Assembly (NCBI GenBank): GCA_964016885.1
Contig: OZ024744.1
Coordinates: forward strand, 131,874,001 to 131,938,000
Direction of reading: 5' to 3'
Source: Eledone cirrhosa
Taxonomy: Eukaryota
DNA length: 64,000 bases
Within the stretch, counting starts at the first letter, position 1. Each line of letters opens with the position of its first letter. The notes under the pieces were generated by a model that was not told the DNA's origin, made no database searches, and worked only from the letters and a program-made list of their open reading frames with translations. Shown here piece by piece: positions 1 through 12,944 of the stretch. The translations under genes were made by a program, and so were the position numbers.

Positions 1-3000
1 AGTTAAGTTGGGGTTGAGTTAATTTAGGGTTAAGTTAAGTTGGGGTTAAGTTATTTTGGGTTTAAGGTAAGTTGGGGTTAAGTTAAGTTGGGGGTAAGTT
101 AAGTTGGGGTTAAGTTAAGTTGGGGTTAAGTTAAGTTGGGGTTAAGTTAAGTTGGGGTCAAGTTAAGTTGGGGTTAAAATTAAGTTGGGGTTAAGTCAAG
201 TTGGGGTTAAGTTAAGTTGGGGTTAATTTAGTTGGGGTTAAGTTAAGTTGGGGCTAAGTTAAGTTGGGGCTAAGTTAAGTTGGGGCTAACTTAAGTTGGG
301 GTTAAGTTAAGTTGGGGTTGAGTTAAGGTGGGGTTAATTTAAGTTGGGGTCAACTTAAATTGGGGTTAAGTTAAGTTGGGGTTAAGTTAAGTTGGGGTTA
401 AGTTAAGTTGGGGTTAAGTTAAGTTGGGGTTAAATTAAGTTGGTGTTAAGTTAAGTTGGGGCTAAGTTAAGTTGGGGCTGAGTTAAGTTGGGGTTGAGTT
501 AAGTTGGGGTTAAGTTAAGTTGGGGTTAAGTTAAGTTGGGGTTAAGTTAAGTTGGGGTTAAGTTAAGTTGGGGTTAAGATGGGGTTAAATTAAGTTGGGT
601 TTAAATTAAGTTGGGGTTAAGTTAAGTTGGGGTTAAGTTAAGTTGGGGTTAAGTTAAGTCGGGGTTAAGTTAAGTCGGGGTTAAGTTAAGTTAGGGTTAA
701 TTTAAGTTGGAGTTAAGTTAAGTTGGGGTTGAGTTAAGTTGGGGTTGAGTTAAATTGGGGTGGAGTTAAGTTGGGGTTGAGTTAAGTTGGTGTTGAGTTA
801 TGTTGGGGTTAAGTTAAGTCGGGGTTAAGTTAAGTTGCAGTTAATTTAAGTTGAGGTTAAGTTAAGTTGGGGTTAAGTTAAGTTGGGGTTAAGTTAAGTT
901 GGGGCTAAGTTAAGTTGGGGCTAAGTTAAGTTGGGGCTTAGTTAAGTTGGGGTTCAGTTAAGTTGGGGTTAAGTTAAGTTTCGGTTAAGTTGGGGTTAAA
1001 TTAAGTTGGGGTTAAGTTAAGTTGGGGTTTAGTTAAGTTGGGGTTAAGTTAAGTTGGGGTTAATTTAAGTTGGGGTTAAGTTAAGTTGGGGTTAAGTTAA
1101 GTGGTGGTTATGTTAAGTTGGGGTTAAGTTAAGTTGGGATTAATTTAAATTGGGGTTAAGTTAACTTTGTGGTTAAGTTAAGTGGGGGTTAAGTTAAGTT
1201 GGGGTTAAGTTAAGTTGGGGTTGAGTTAAGTTGGGGTTGAGTGAAGTTGGGGTTAAGTTAAGTTGGGGTTAATTTAAGTTGGGGTTAAGTTAAGTCGGGG
1301 TTAAGTTAAGTTGGGGTTGAGTTAAGTTGGGGTTAATTTAAGTTGGGGCTAAGTTAATTTGTGGTTAAGTTAAGTTGGGGTTAAGTTAAGTTGGGGTTAA
1401 GTTAAGTTGGGGTTGAGTTAAGTTGGGGTTAAGTTAATTTGTGGTTAAGTTAAGTTGGGGTTAAGTTAAGTTGGGGTTAAGTTAAGTTGGGTTTAAGTTA
1501 AGTTGGGGTTAAATTAAGTTGGGGTTAAATTAAGTTGGGGTTAAGTTAGGTTGGGGGTAAGTTAAGTTGGGGTCAAGTTAAGTTGGGGTTAAAATTAAGT
1601 TGGGGTTAAGTCAAGTTGGGGTTAAGTTAAGTTGGGGTTAATTTAGTTGGGGTTAAGTTAAGTTGGGGCTAAGTTAAGTTGGGGCTAAGTTAAGTTGGGG
1701 CTAACTTAAGTTGGGGTTAAGTTAAGTTGGGGTTGAGTTAAGGTGGGGTTAATTTAAGTTGGGGTCAACTTAAATTGGGGTTAAGTTAAGTTGGGGTTAA
1801 GTTAAGTTGGGGTTAAGTTAAGTTGGGGTTAAGTTAAGTTGGGGTTAAATTAAGTTGGTGTTAAGTTAAGTTGGGGCTAAGTTAAGTTGGGGCTGAGTTG
1901 AGTTGGGGCTGGGTTAAGTTGGGGTTAAGTTAAGTTGGGGTTGAGTTAAGTTGGGGTTAAGTTAAGTTGGGGTTAAGTTAAGTTGGGGTTAAGTTAAGTT
2001 GGGGTTAAGTTAAGTTGGGGTTGAGTTAAGTTGGGGTTAAGTTAAGTTGGGGTTCAGTTAATTTGGGGTTAAGTTAAGTTGGCGTTAAGATGGGGTTAAA
2101 TTAAGTTGGGGTTAAGTTAAGTTGGGGTTAAGTTAAGTTGGGGTTCAGTTAAGTTGGGGTTAAGTTAAGTTGGGTTTAAGATGGGGTTAAATTAAGTTGG
2201 GGTTAAGTTAAGTTGGGGTTAAGTTAAGTTGGGGTTAAGTTAAGTTGGGGTTAAGTTAAGTCGGGGTTAAGTTAAGTCGGGGTTAAGTTAAGTTAGGGTT
2301 AATTTAAGTTGGAGTTAAGTTAAGTTGGGGTTGAGTTAAGTTGGGGTTGAGTTAAATTGGGGTGGAGTTAAGTTGGGGTTGAGTTAAGTTGGTGTTGAGT
2401 TATGTTGGGGTTAAGTTAAGTTGGGGTTAAGTTAAGTTGCAGTTAATTTAAGTTGAGGTTAAGTTAAGTTGGGGTTAAGTTAAGTTGGGGTTAAGTTAAG
2501 TTGGGGCTAAGTTAAGTTGGGGCTAAGTTAAGTTGGGGCTAAGTTAAGTTGGGGTTCAGTTAAGTTGGGGTTAAGTTAAGTTTGGGTTAAGTTGGGGTTA
2601 AATTAAGTTGGAGTTAAGTTAAGTTGGGGTTGAGTTAAGTTGGGGTTGAGTTAAATTGGGGTGGAGTTAAGTTGGGGTTGAGTTAAGTTGGTGTTGAGTT
2701 ATGTTGGGGTTAAGTTAAGTTGGGGTTAAGTTAAGTTGCAGTTAATTTAAGTTGGAGTTACGTTAAGTTGGGGTTGAGTTAAGTTGGGGTTGAGTTAAAT
2801 TGGGGTGGAGTTAAGTTGGGGTTGAGTTAAGTTGGTGTTGAGTTATGTTGGGGTTAAGTTAAGTTGGGGTTAAGTTAAGTTGCAGTTAATTTAAGTTGAG
2901 GTTAAGTTAAGTTGGGGTTAAGTTAAGTTGGGGTTAAGTTAAGTTGGGGCTAAGTTAAGTTGGGGCTAAGTTAAGTTGGGGCTAAGTTAAGTTGGGGCTA

Positions 3001-6000
3001 AGTTAAGTTGGGGTTTAGTTAAGTTGGGGTTAAGTTAAGTTTTGGGTCAATTTAAGTTGGGGTTAAGTTAAGTTGGGGTTAAGTTAAGTGGTGGTTATGT
3101 TAAGTTGGGGTTAAGTTAAGTTGGGATTAATTTAAATTGGGGTTAAGTTAACTTTGTGGTTAAGTTAAGTGGGGGTTAAGTTAAGTTGGGGTTAAGTTAA
3201 GTTGGGGTTGAGTTAAGTTGGGGTTGAGTGAAGTTGGGGTTAAGTTAAGTTGGGGTTAAGTTAAGTTGGGGTTAAGTTAAGTTGGGGTTAAGTTAAGTTG
3301 GGGTTAAGATGGGGTTAAATTAAGTTGGGTTTAAATTAAGTTGGGGTTAAGTTAAGTTGGGGTTAAGTTAAGTTGGGGTTAAGTTAAGTCGGGGTTAAGT
3401 TAAGTCGGGGTTAAGTTAAGTTAGGGTTAATTTAAGTTGGAGTTAAGTTAAGTTGGGGTTGAGTTGGGGTTAAATTAATTTGGGGTTAAGTTAAGTTGGG
3501 GTTTAGTTTAGTTGGGGTTAAGTTAAGTTGGGGTTAATTTAAGTTGGGGTTAAGTTAAGTTGCGGGTAATTTAAGTTGGGGTTAAGTTAAGTTGGGGTTA
3601 AGTTAAGTTGGGGTTAAGTTAAGTTGGGGTTAAGTTAAGTTGGGGTTAAGTTAAGTTGGGGGTAAGTTAAGTTGGGGTCAAGTTAAGTTGGGGTTAAAAT
3701 TAAGTTGGGGTTAAGTCAAGTTGGGGTTAAGTTAAGTTGGGGTTAATTTAGTTGGGGTTAAGTTAAGTTGGGGCTAAGTTAAGTTGGGGCTAAGTTAAGT
3801 TGGGGTTAAGTTAAGTTGGGTTTAAGTTGAGTTGGGGTTAAATTAAGTTGGGGTTAAATTAAGTTGGGGTTAAGTTAAGTTGGGGGTAAGTTAAGTTGGG
3901 GTTAAGTTAAGTTGGGGTTAAGTTAAGTTGGGGACAAGTTAAGTTGGGGTTAAAATTAAGTTGGGGTTAAGTCAAGTTGGGGTTAAGTTAAGTTGGTGTT
4001 AATTTAAGTTGGGGCTAAGGTAAGTTGGGGTTGAGTTAAGTTGGGGTTAATTTAAATTGGGGTTAAGTTAACTTTGTGGTTAAGTTAAGTTGGGGTTAAG
4101 TTAAGTTGGGGTTAAGTTAAGTTGGGGTTGAGTTAAGTTGGGGTTGAGTGAAGTTGGGGTTAAGTTAAGTTGGGGTTGAGTTAAGTTGGCGTTAAGTTAA
4201 GTTGGGGTTGAGTTAAGTTGGGGTTGAGTTAATTTAGGGTTAAGTTAAGTTGGGGTTAAGTTATTTTGGGTTTAAGGTAAGTTGGGGTTAAGTTAAGTTG
4301 GGGGTAAGTTAAGTTGGGGTTAAGTTAAGTTGGGGTTAAGTTAAGTTGGGGTTAAGTTAAGTTGGGGTCAAGTTAAGTTGGGGTTAAAATTAAGTTGGGG
4401 TTAAGTCAAGTTGGGGTTAAGTTAAGTTGGGGTTAATTTAGTTGGGGTTAAGTTAAGTTGGGGCTAAGTTAAGTTGGGGCTAAGTTAAGTTGGGGCTAAC
4501 TTAAGTTGGGGTTAAGTTAAGTTGGGGTTGAGTTAAGGTGGGGTTAATTTAAGTTGGGGTCAACTTAAATTGGGGTTAAGTTAAGTTGGGGTTAAGTTAA
4601 GTTGGGGTTAAGTTAAGTTGGGGTTAAGTTAAGTTGGGGTTAAATTAAGTTGGTGTTAAGTTAAGTTGGGGCTAAGTTAAGTTGGGGCTGAGTTAAGTTG
4701 GGGTTGAGTTAAGTTGGGGTTAAGTTAAGTTGGGGTTAAGTTAAGTTGGGGTTAAGTTAAGTTGGGGTTAAGTTAAGTTGGGGTTAAGATGGGGTTAAAT
4801 TAAGTTGGGTTTAAATTAAGTTGGGGTTAAGTTAAGTTGGGGTTAAGTTAAGTTGGGGTTAAGTTAAGTCGGGGTTAAGTTAAGTCGGGGTTAAGTTAAG
4901 TTAGGGTTAATTTAAGTTGGAGTTAAGTTAAGTTGGGGTTGAGTTAAGTTGGGGTTGAGTTAAATTGGGGTGGAGTTAAGTTGGGGTTGAGTTAAGTTGG
5001 TGTTGAGTTATGTTGGGGTTAAGTTAAGTCGGGGTTAAGTTAAGTTGCAGTTAATTTAAGTTGAGGTTAAGTTAAGTTGGGGTTAAGTTAAGTTGGGGTT
5101 AAGTTAAGTTGGGGCTAAGTTAAGTTGGGGCTAAGTTAAGTTGGGGCTTAGTTAAGTTGGGGTTCAGTTAAGTTGGGGTTAAGTTAAGTTTCGGTTAAGT
5201 TGGGGTTAAATTAAGTTGGGGTTAAGTTAAGTTGGGGTTTAGTTAAGTTGGGGTTAAGTTAAGTTGGGGTTAATTTAAGTTGGGGTTAAGTTAAGTTGGG
5301 GTTAAGTTAAGTGGTGGTTATGTTAAGTTGGGGTTAAGTTAAGTTGGGATTAATTTAAATTGGGGTTAAGTTAACTTTGTGGTTAAGTTAAGTGGGGGTT
5401 AAGTTAAGTTGGGGTTAAGTTAAGTTGGGGTTGAGTTAAGTTGGGGTTGAGTGAAGTTGGGGTTAAGTTAAGTTGGGGTTAATTTAAGTTGGGGTTAAGT
5501 TAAGTCGGGGTTAAGTTAAGTTGGGGTTGAGTTAAGTTGGGGTTAATTTAAGTTGGGGCTAAGTTAATTTGTGGTTAAGTTAAGTTGGGGTTAAGTTAAG
5601 TTGGGGTTAAGTTAAGTTGGGGTTGAGTTAAGTTGGGGTTAAGTTAATTTGTGGTTAAGTTAAGTTGGGGTTAAGTTAAGTTGGGGTTAAGTTAAGTTGG
5701 GTTTAAGTTAAGTTGGGGTTAAATTAAGTTGGGGTTAAATTAAGTTGGGGTTAAGTTAGGTTGGGGGTAAGTTAAGTTGGGGTCAAGTTAAGTTGGGGTT
5801 AAAATTAAGTTGGGGTTAAGTCAAGTTGGGGTTAAGTTAAGTTGGGGTTAATTTAGTTGGGGTTAAGTTAAGTTGGGGCTAAGTTAAGTTGGGGCTAAGT
5901 TAAGTTGGGGCTAACTTAAGTTGGGGTTAAGTTAAGTTGGGGTTGAGTTAAGGTGGGGTTAATTTAAGTTGGGGTCAACTTAAATTGGGGTTAAGTTAAG

Positions 6001-9000
6001 TTGGGGTTAAGTTAAGTTGGGGTTAAGTTAAGTTGGGGTTAAGTTAAGTTGGGGTTAAATTAAGTTGGTGTTAAGTTAAGTTGGGGCTAAGTTAAGTTGG
6101 GGCTGAGTTAAGTTGGGGCTGGGTTAAGTTGGGGTTAAGTTAAGTTGGGGTTGAGTTAAGTTGGGGTTAAGTTAAGTTGGGGTTAAGTTAAGTTGGGGTT
6201 AAGTTAAGTTGGGGTTAAGTTAAGTTGGGGTTGAGTTAAGTTGGGGTTAAGTTAAGTTGGGGTTCAGTTAATTTGGGGTTAAGTTAAGTTGGCGTTAAGA
6301 TGGGGTTAAATTAAGTTGGGGTTAAGTTAAGTTGGGGTTAAGTTAAGTTGGGGTTCAGTTAAGTTGGGGTTAAGTTAAGTTGGGTTTAAGATGGGGTTAA
6401 ATTAAGTTGGGGTTAAGTTAAGTTGGGGTTAAGTTAAGTTGGGGTTAAGTTAAGTTGGGGTTAAGTTAAGTCGGGGTTAAGTTAAGTCGGGGTTAAGTTA
6501 AGTTAGGGTTAATTTAAGTTGGAGTTAAGTTAAGTTGGGGTTGAGTTAAGTTGGGGTTGAGTTAAATTGGGGTGGAGTTAAGTTGGGGTTGAGTTAAGTT
6601 GGTGTTGAGTTATGTTGGGGTTAAGTTAAGTTGGGGTTAAGTTAAGTTGCAGTTAATTTAAGTTGAGGTTAAGTTAAGTTGGGGTTAAGTTAAGTTGGGG
6701 TTAAGTTAAGTTGGGGCTAAGTTAAGTTGGGGCTAAGTTAAGTTGGGGCTAAGTTAAGTTGGGGTTCAGTTAAGTTGGGGTTAAGTTAAGTTTGGGTTAA
6801 GTTGGGGTTAAATTAAGTTGGAGTTAAGTTAAGTTGGGGTTGAGTTAAGTTGGGGTTGAGTTAAATTGGGGTGGAGTTAAGTTGGGGTTGAGTTAAGTTG
6901 GTGTTGAGTTATGTTGGGGTTAAGTTAAGTTGGGGTTAAGTTAAGTTGCAGTTAATTTAAGTTGGAGTTAAGTTAAGTTGGGGTTGAGTTAAGTTGGGGT
7001 TGAGTTAAATTGGGGTGGAGTTAAGTTGGGGTTGAGTTAAGTTGGTGTTGAGTTATGTTGGGGTTAAGTTAAGTTGGGGTTAAGTTAAGTTGCAGTTAAT
7101 TTAAGTTGAGGTTAAGTTAAGTTGGGGTTAAGTTAAGTTGGGGTTAAGTTAAGTTGGGGCTAAGTTAAGTTGGGGCTAAGTTAAGTTGGGGCTAAGTTAA
7201 GTTGGGGCTAAGTTAAGTTGGGGTTTAGTTAAGTTGGGGTTAAGTTAAGTTTTGGGTCAATTTAAGTTGGGGTTAAGTTAAGTTGGGGTTAAGTTAAGTG
7301 GTGGTTATGTTAAGTTGGGGTTAAGTTAAGTTGGGATTAATTTAAATTGGGGTTAAGTTAACTTTGTGGTTAAGTTAAGTGGGGGTTAAGTTAAGTTGGG
7401 GTTAAGTTAAGTTGGGGTTGAGTTAAGTTGGGGTTGAGTGAAGTTGGGGTTAAGTTAAGTTGGGGTTAAGTTAAGTTGGGGTTAAGTTAAGTTGGGGTTA
7501 AGTTAAGTTGGGGTTAAGATGGGGTTAAATTAAGTTGGGTTTAAATTAAGTTGGGGTTAAGTTAAGTTGGGGTTAAGTTAAGTTGGGGTTAAGTTAAGTC
7601 GGGGTTAAGTTAAGTCGGGGTTAAGTTAAGTTAGGGTTAATTTAAGTTGGAGTTAAGTTAAGTTGGGGTTGAGTTGGGGTTAAATTAATTTGGGGTTAAG
7701 TTAAGTTGGGGTTTAGTTTAGTTGGGGTTAAGTTAAGTTGGGGTTAATTTAAGTTGGGGTTAAGTTAAGTTGCGGGTAATTTAAGTTGGGGTTAAGTTAA
7801 GTTGGGGTTAAGTTAAGTTGGGGTTAAGTTAAGTTGGGGTTAAGTTAAGTTGGGGTTAAGTTAAGTTGGGGGTAAGTTAAGTTGGGGTCAAGTTAAGTTG
7901 GGGTTAAAATTAAGTTGGGGTTAAGTCAAGTTGGGGTTAAGTTAAGTTGGGGTTAATTTAGTTGGGGTTAAGTTAAGTTGGGGCTAAGTTAAGTTGGGGC
8001 TAAGTTAAGTTGGGGTTAAGTTAAGTTGGGTTTAAGTTGAGTTGGGGTTAAATTAAGTTGGGGTTAAATTAAGTTGGGGTTAAGTTAAGTTGGGGGTAAG
8101 TTAAGTTGGGGTTAAGTTAAGTTGGGGTTAAGTTAAGTTGGGGACAAGTTAAGTTGGGGTTAAAATTAAGTTGGGGTTAAGTCAAGTTGGGGTTAAGTTA
8201 AGTTGGTGTTAATTTAAGTTGGGGCTAAGGTAAGTTGGGGTTGAGTTAAGTTGGGGTTAATTTAAATTGGGGTTAAGTTAACTTTGTGGTTAAGTTAAGT
8301 TGGGGTTAAGTTAAGTTGGGGTTAAGTTAAGTTGGGGTTGAGTTAAGTTGGGGTTGAGTGAAGTTGGGGTTAAGTTAAGTTGGGGTTGAGTTAAGTTGGC
8401 GTTAAGTTAAGTTGGGGTTGAGTTAAGTTGGGGTTGAGTTAATTTAGGGTTAAGTTAAGTTGGGGTTAAGTTAAGTTGGGTTTAAGGTAAGTTGGGGTTA
8501 AGTTAAGTTGGGGGTAAGTTAAGTTGGGGTTAAGTTAAGTTGGGGTTAAGTTAAGTTGGGGTTAAGTTAAGTTGGGGTCAAGTTAAGTTGGGGTTAAAAT
8601 TAAGTTGGGGTTAAGTCAAGTTGGGGTTAAGTTAAGTTGGGGTTAATTTAGTTGGGGTTAAGTTAAGTTGGGGCTAAGTTAAGTTGGGGCTAAGTTAAGT
8701 TGGGGCTAACTTAAGTTGGGGTTAAGTTAAGTTGGGGTTGAGTTAAGGTGGGGTTAATTTAAGTTGGGGTCAACTTAAATTGGGGTTAAGTTAAGTTGGG
8801 GTTAAGTTAAGTTGGGGTTAAGTTAAGTTGGGGTTAAGTTAAGTTGGGGTTAAATTAAGTTGGTGTTAAGTTAAGTTGGGGCTAAGTTAAGTTGGGGCTG
8901 AGTCAAGTTGGGGTTGAGTTAAGTTGGGGTTAAGTTAAGTTGGGGTTAAGTTAAGTTGGGGTTAAGTTAAGTTGGGGTTAAGTTAAGTTGGGGTTAAGAT

Positions 9001-11679
9001 GGGGTTAAATTAAGTTGGGTTTAAATTAAGTTGGGGTTAAGTTAAGTTGGGGTTAAGTTAAGTTGGGGTTAAGTTAAGTCGGGGTTAAGTTAAGTCGGGG
9101 TTAAGTTAAGTTAGGGTTAATTTAAGTTGGAGTTAAGTTAAGTTGGGGTTGAGTTAAGTTGGGGTTGAGTTAAATTGGGGTGGAGTTAAGTTGGGGTTGA
9201 GTTAAGTTGGTGTTGAGTTATGTTGGGGTTAAGTTAAGTCGGGGTTAAGTTAAGTTGCAGTTAATTTAAGTTGAGGTTAAGTTAAGTTGGGGTTAAGTTA
9301 AGTTGGGGTTAAGTTAAGTTGGGGCTAAGTTAAGTTGGGGCTAAGTTAAGTTGGGGCTTAGTTAAGTTGGGGTTCAGTTAAGTTGGGGTTAAGTTAAGTT
9401 TCGGTTAAGTTGGGGTTAAATTAAGTTGGGGTTAAGTTAAGTTGGGGTTTAGTTAAGTTGGGGTTAAGTTAAGTTGGGGTTAATTTAAGTTGGGGTTAAG
9501 TTAAGTTGGGGTTAAGTTAAGTGGTGGTTATGTTAAGTTGGGGTTAAGTTAAGTTGGGATTAATTTAAATTGGGGTTAAGTTAACTTTGTGGTTAAGTTA
9601 AGTGGGGGTTAAGTTAAGTTGGGGTTAAGTTAAGTTGGGGTTGAGTTAAGTTGGGGTTGAGTGAAGTTGGGGTTAAGTTAAGTTGGGGTTAATTTAAGTT
9701 GGGGTTAAGTTAAGTCGGGGTTAAGTTAAGTTGGGGTTGAGTTAAGTTGGGGTTAATTTAAGTTGGGGCTAAGTTAATTTGTGGTTAAGTTAAGTTGGGG
9801 TTAAGTTAAGTTGGGGTTAAGTTAAGTTGGGGTTGAGTTAAGTTGGGGTTAAGTTAATTTGTGGTTAAGTTAAGTTGGGGTTAAGTTAAGTTGGGGTTAA
9901 GTTAAGTTGGGTTTAAGTTAAGTTGGGGTTAAATTAAGTTGGGGTTAAATTAAGTTGGGGTTAAGTTAGGTTGGGGGTAAGTTAAGTTGGGGTCAAGTTA
10001 AGTTGGGGTTAAAATTAAGTTGGGGTTAAGTCAAGTTGGGGTTAAGTTAAGTTGGGGTTAATTTAGTTGGGGTTAAGTTAAGTTGGGGCTAAGTTAAGTT
10101 GGGGCTAAGTTAAGTTGGGGCTAACTTAAGTTGGGGTTAAGTTAAGTTGGGGTTGAGTTAAGGTGGGGTTAATTTAAGTTGGGGTCAACTTAAATTGGGG
10201 TTAAGTTAAGTTGGGGTTAAGTTAAGTTGGGGTTAAGTTAAGTTGGGGTTAAGTTAAGTTGGGGTTAAATTAAGTTGGTGTTAAGTTAAGTTGGGGCTAA
10301 GTTAAGTTGGGGCTGAGTTAAGTTGGGGCTGGGTTAAGTTGGGGTTAAGTTAAGTTGGGGTTGAGTTAAGTTGGGGTTAAGTTAAGTTGGGGTTAAGTTA
10401 AGTTGGGGTTAAGTTAAGTTGGGGTTAAGTTAAGTTGGGGTTGAGTTAAGTTGGGGTTAAGTTAAGTTGGGGTTCAGTTAATTTGGGGTTAAGTTAAGTT
10501 GGCGTTAAGATGGGGTTAAATTAAGTTGGGGTTAAGTTAAGTTGGGGTTAAGTTAAGTTGGGGTTCAGTTAAGTTGGGGTTAAGTTAAGTTGGGTTTAAG
10601 ATGGGGTTAAATTAAGTTGGGGTTAAGTTAAGTTGGGGTTAAGTTAAGTTGGGGTTAAGTTAAGTTGGGGTTAAGTTAAGTCGGGGTTAAGTTAAGTCGG
10701 GGTTAAGTTAAGTTAGGGTTAATTTAAGTTGGAGTTAAGTTAAGTTGGGGTTGAGTTAAGTTGGGGTTGAGTTAAATTGGGGTGGAGTTAAGTTGGGGTT
10801 GAGTTAAGTTGGTGTTGAGTTATGTTGGGGTTAAGTTAAGTTGGGGTTAAGTTAAGTTGCAGTTAATTTAAGTTGAGGTTAAGTTAAGTTGGGGTTAAGT
10901 TAAGTTGGGGTTAAGTTAAGTTGGGGCTAAGTTAAGTTGGGGCTAAGTTAAGTTGGGGCTAAGTTAAGTTGGGGTTCAGTTAAGTTGGGGTTAAGTTAAG
11001 TTTGGGTTAAGTTGGGGTTAAATTAAGTTGGAGTTAAGTTAAGTTGGGGTTGAGTTAAGTTGGGGTTGAGTTAAATTGGGGTGGAGTTAAGTTGGGGTTG
11101 AGTTAAGTTGGTGTTGAGTTATGTTGGGGTTAAGTTAAGTTGGGGTTAAGTTAAGTTGCAGTTAATTTAAGTTGGAGTTAAGTTAAGTTGGGGTTGAGTT
11201 AAGTTGGGGTTGAGTTAAATTGGGGTGGAGTTAAGTTGGGGTTGAGTTAAGTTGGTGTTGAGTTATGTTGGGGTTAAGTTAAGTTGGGGTTAAGTTAAGT
11301 TGCAGTTAATTTAAGTTGAGGTTAAGTTAAGTTGGGGTTAAGTTAAGTTGGGGTTAAGTTAAGTTGGGGCTAAGTTAAGTTGGGGCTAAGTTAAGTTGGG
11401 GCTAAGTTAAGTTGGGGCTAAGTTAAGTTGGGGTTTAGTTAAGTTGGGGTTAAGTTAAGTTTTGGGTCAATTTAAGTTGGGGTTAAGTTAAGTTGGGGTT
11501 AAGTTAAGTGGTGGTTATGTTAAGTTGGGGTTAAGTTAAGTTGGGATTAATTTAAATTGGGGTTAAGTTAACTTTGTGGTTAAGTTAAGTGGGGGTTAAG
11601 TTAAGTTGGGGTTAAGTTAAGTTGGGGTTGAGTTAAGTTGGGGTTGAGTGAAGTTGGGGTTAAGTTAAGTTGGGGTTAA
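1..11679 (+). repeat. Higher-order repeat, 4210-bp period, about 2.8 near-identical copies (starts at 1, 4211, 8421)
   Basis: agttaagttggggttgagttaatttaggg...tttaaggtaag starts at 1, 4211 and 8421. The tcgg variant recurs at 981, 5191 and 9401. Copy 3 departs from the pattern at about 11680. Confidence 0.93.
2610..2897 (+). repeat. 144-bp (9-monomer) local tandem duplication inside the 4210-bp unit
   Basis: The cassette ggag...ggggtggag...ggtgttgagttatg...ttgcagttaatt starts at 2610 and again at 2754, with another copy at 2311. Confidence 0.85.
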
Positions 11680-12944
11680 TTTAAGTTGGGGTTAAGTTAA
11701 GTCGGGGTTAAGTTAAGTTGGGGTTGAGTTAAGTTGGGGTTAATTTAAGTTGGGGCTAAGTTAATTTGTGGTTAAGTTAAGTTGGGGTTAAGTTTAGTTG
11801 GGGTTAAGTTAAGTTGGGGTTGAGTTAAGTTGGGGTTAAGTTAATTTGTGGTTAAGTTAAGTTGGGGTTAAGTTAAGTTGGGGTTAAGTTAAGTTGGGTT
11901 TAAGTTAAGTTGGGGTTAAATTAAGTTGGGGTTAAATTAAGTTGGGGTTAAGTTAGGTTGGGGGTAAGTTAAGTTGGGGGCAAGTTAAGTTGGGGTTAAG
12001 TTAAGTTGGGGTTAAATTAAGTTGGGGTTAAGTTAAGTTGGTGTTAAGTTAAGTTGGGGTTTATTTAAGTTGGGGTTAATTAAGTTGGGGTTAAGTTAAG
12101 TTGGGGTTAATTTAAGTTGGGGTTGAGTTAAGTTGGGGTTAAGTTAAGTTGGGTTTATATTAAGTTGGTGTTAAGTTAAGTTGGGGTTAAGTTAAGTTGG
12201 GATTCAGTTAAGTTGCGGTTAAGTTAAGTTGGGGTTAAGTTAAGTTGGGGTTAAGTTAAGTTGGGGTTAAGTTAAGTTGGGGTTAAGTTAAGTTGGTGTT
12301 AAGTTAAGTTGGGGCTAAGTTAAGTTGGGGCTGAGTTAAGTTGAGGCTGAGTTAAGTTGGGGTTAAGTTAAGTTGGGGTTGAGTTAAGTTGGGGTTAAGT
12401 TAAGTTGGGGTTAAGTTAAGTTGGGGTTAAGTTAAGTTGGGGTTAAGTTAAGTTGGGGTTTAGTTACGTTGGGGTTCAGTTAAGTTGGGGTTAAGTTAAG
12501 TTTGGGTTAAGTTGGGGTTAAATTAATTTGGGGTTAAGTTAAGTTGGGGTTTAGTTTAGTTGGGGTTAAGTTAAGTTGGGGTTAATTTAAGTTGGGGTTA
12601 AGTTAAGTTGCGGGTAATTTAAGTTGGGGTTAAGTTAAGTTGGGGTTAAGTTAAGTTGGGGGTAAGTTAAGTTGGGAGTAACTTAAGTTGGGGGTAAGTT
12701 AAGTTGGGGTTAAGTTAAGATAGGGTTAAGTTAAGTTGGGGTTGAGTTAAGTTGGGGTTAAGTTAAGTTGGAGTTACGTTAAGTTGGGGTTAAGTTAAGT
12801 TGCGGTTAAGTTAAGTTGGGGTTAAGTTAAGTTGGGGTTAAGTTAAATGGGGGTTAAGTTAAGTTGGGGTTAAGTTAAGTTGGGGTTAAGTTAAGTTGGG
12901 GTTAAGTTAGATTGTGGTTAAGTTAAGTTGGGGTTAAGTTAAGT

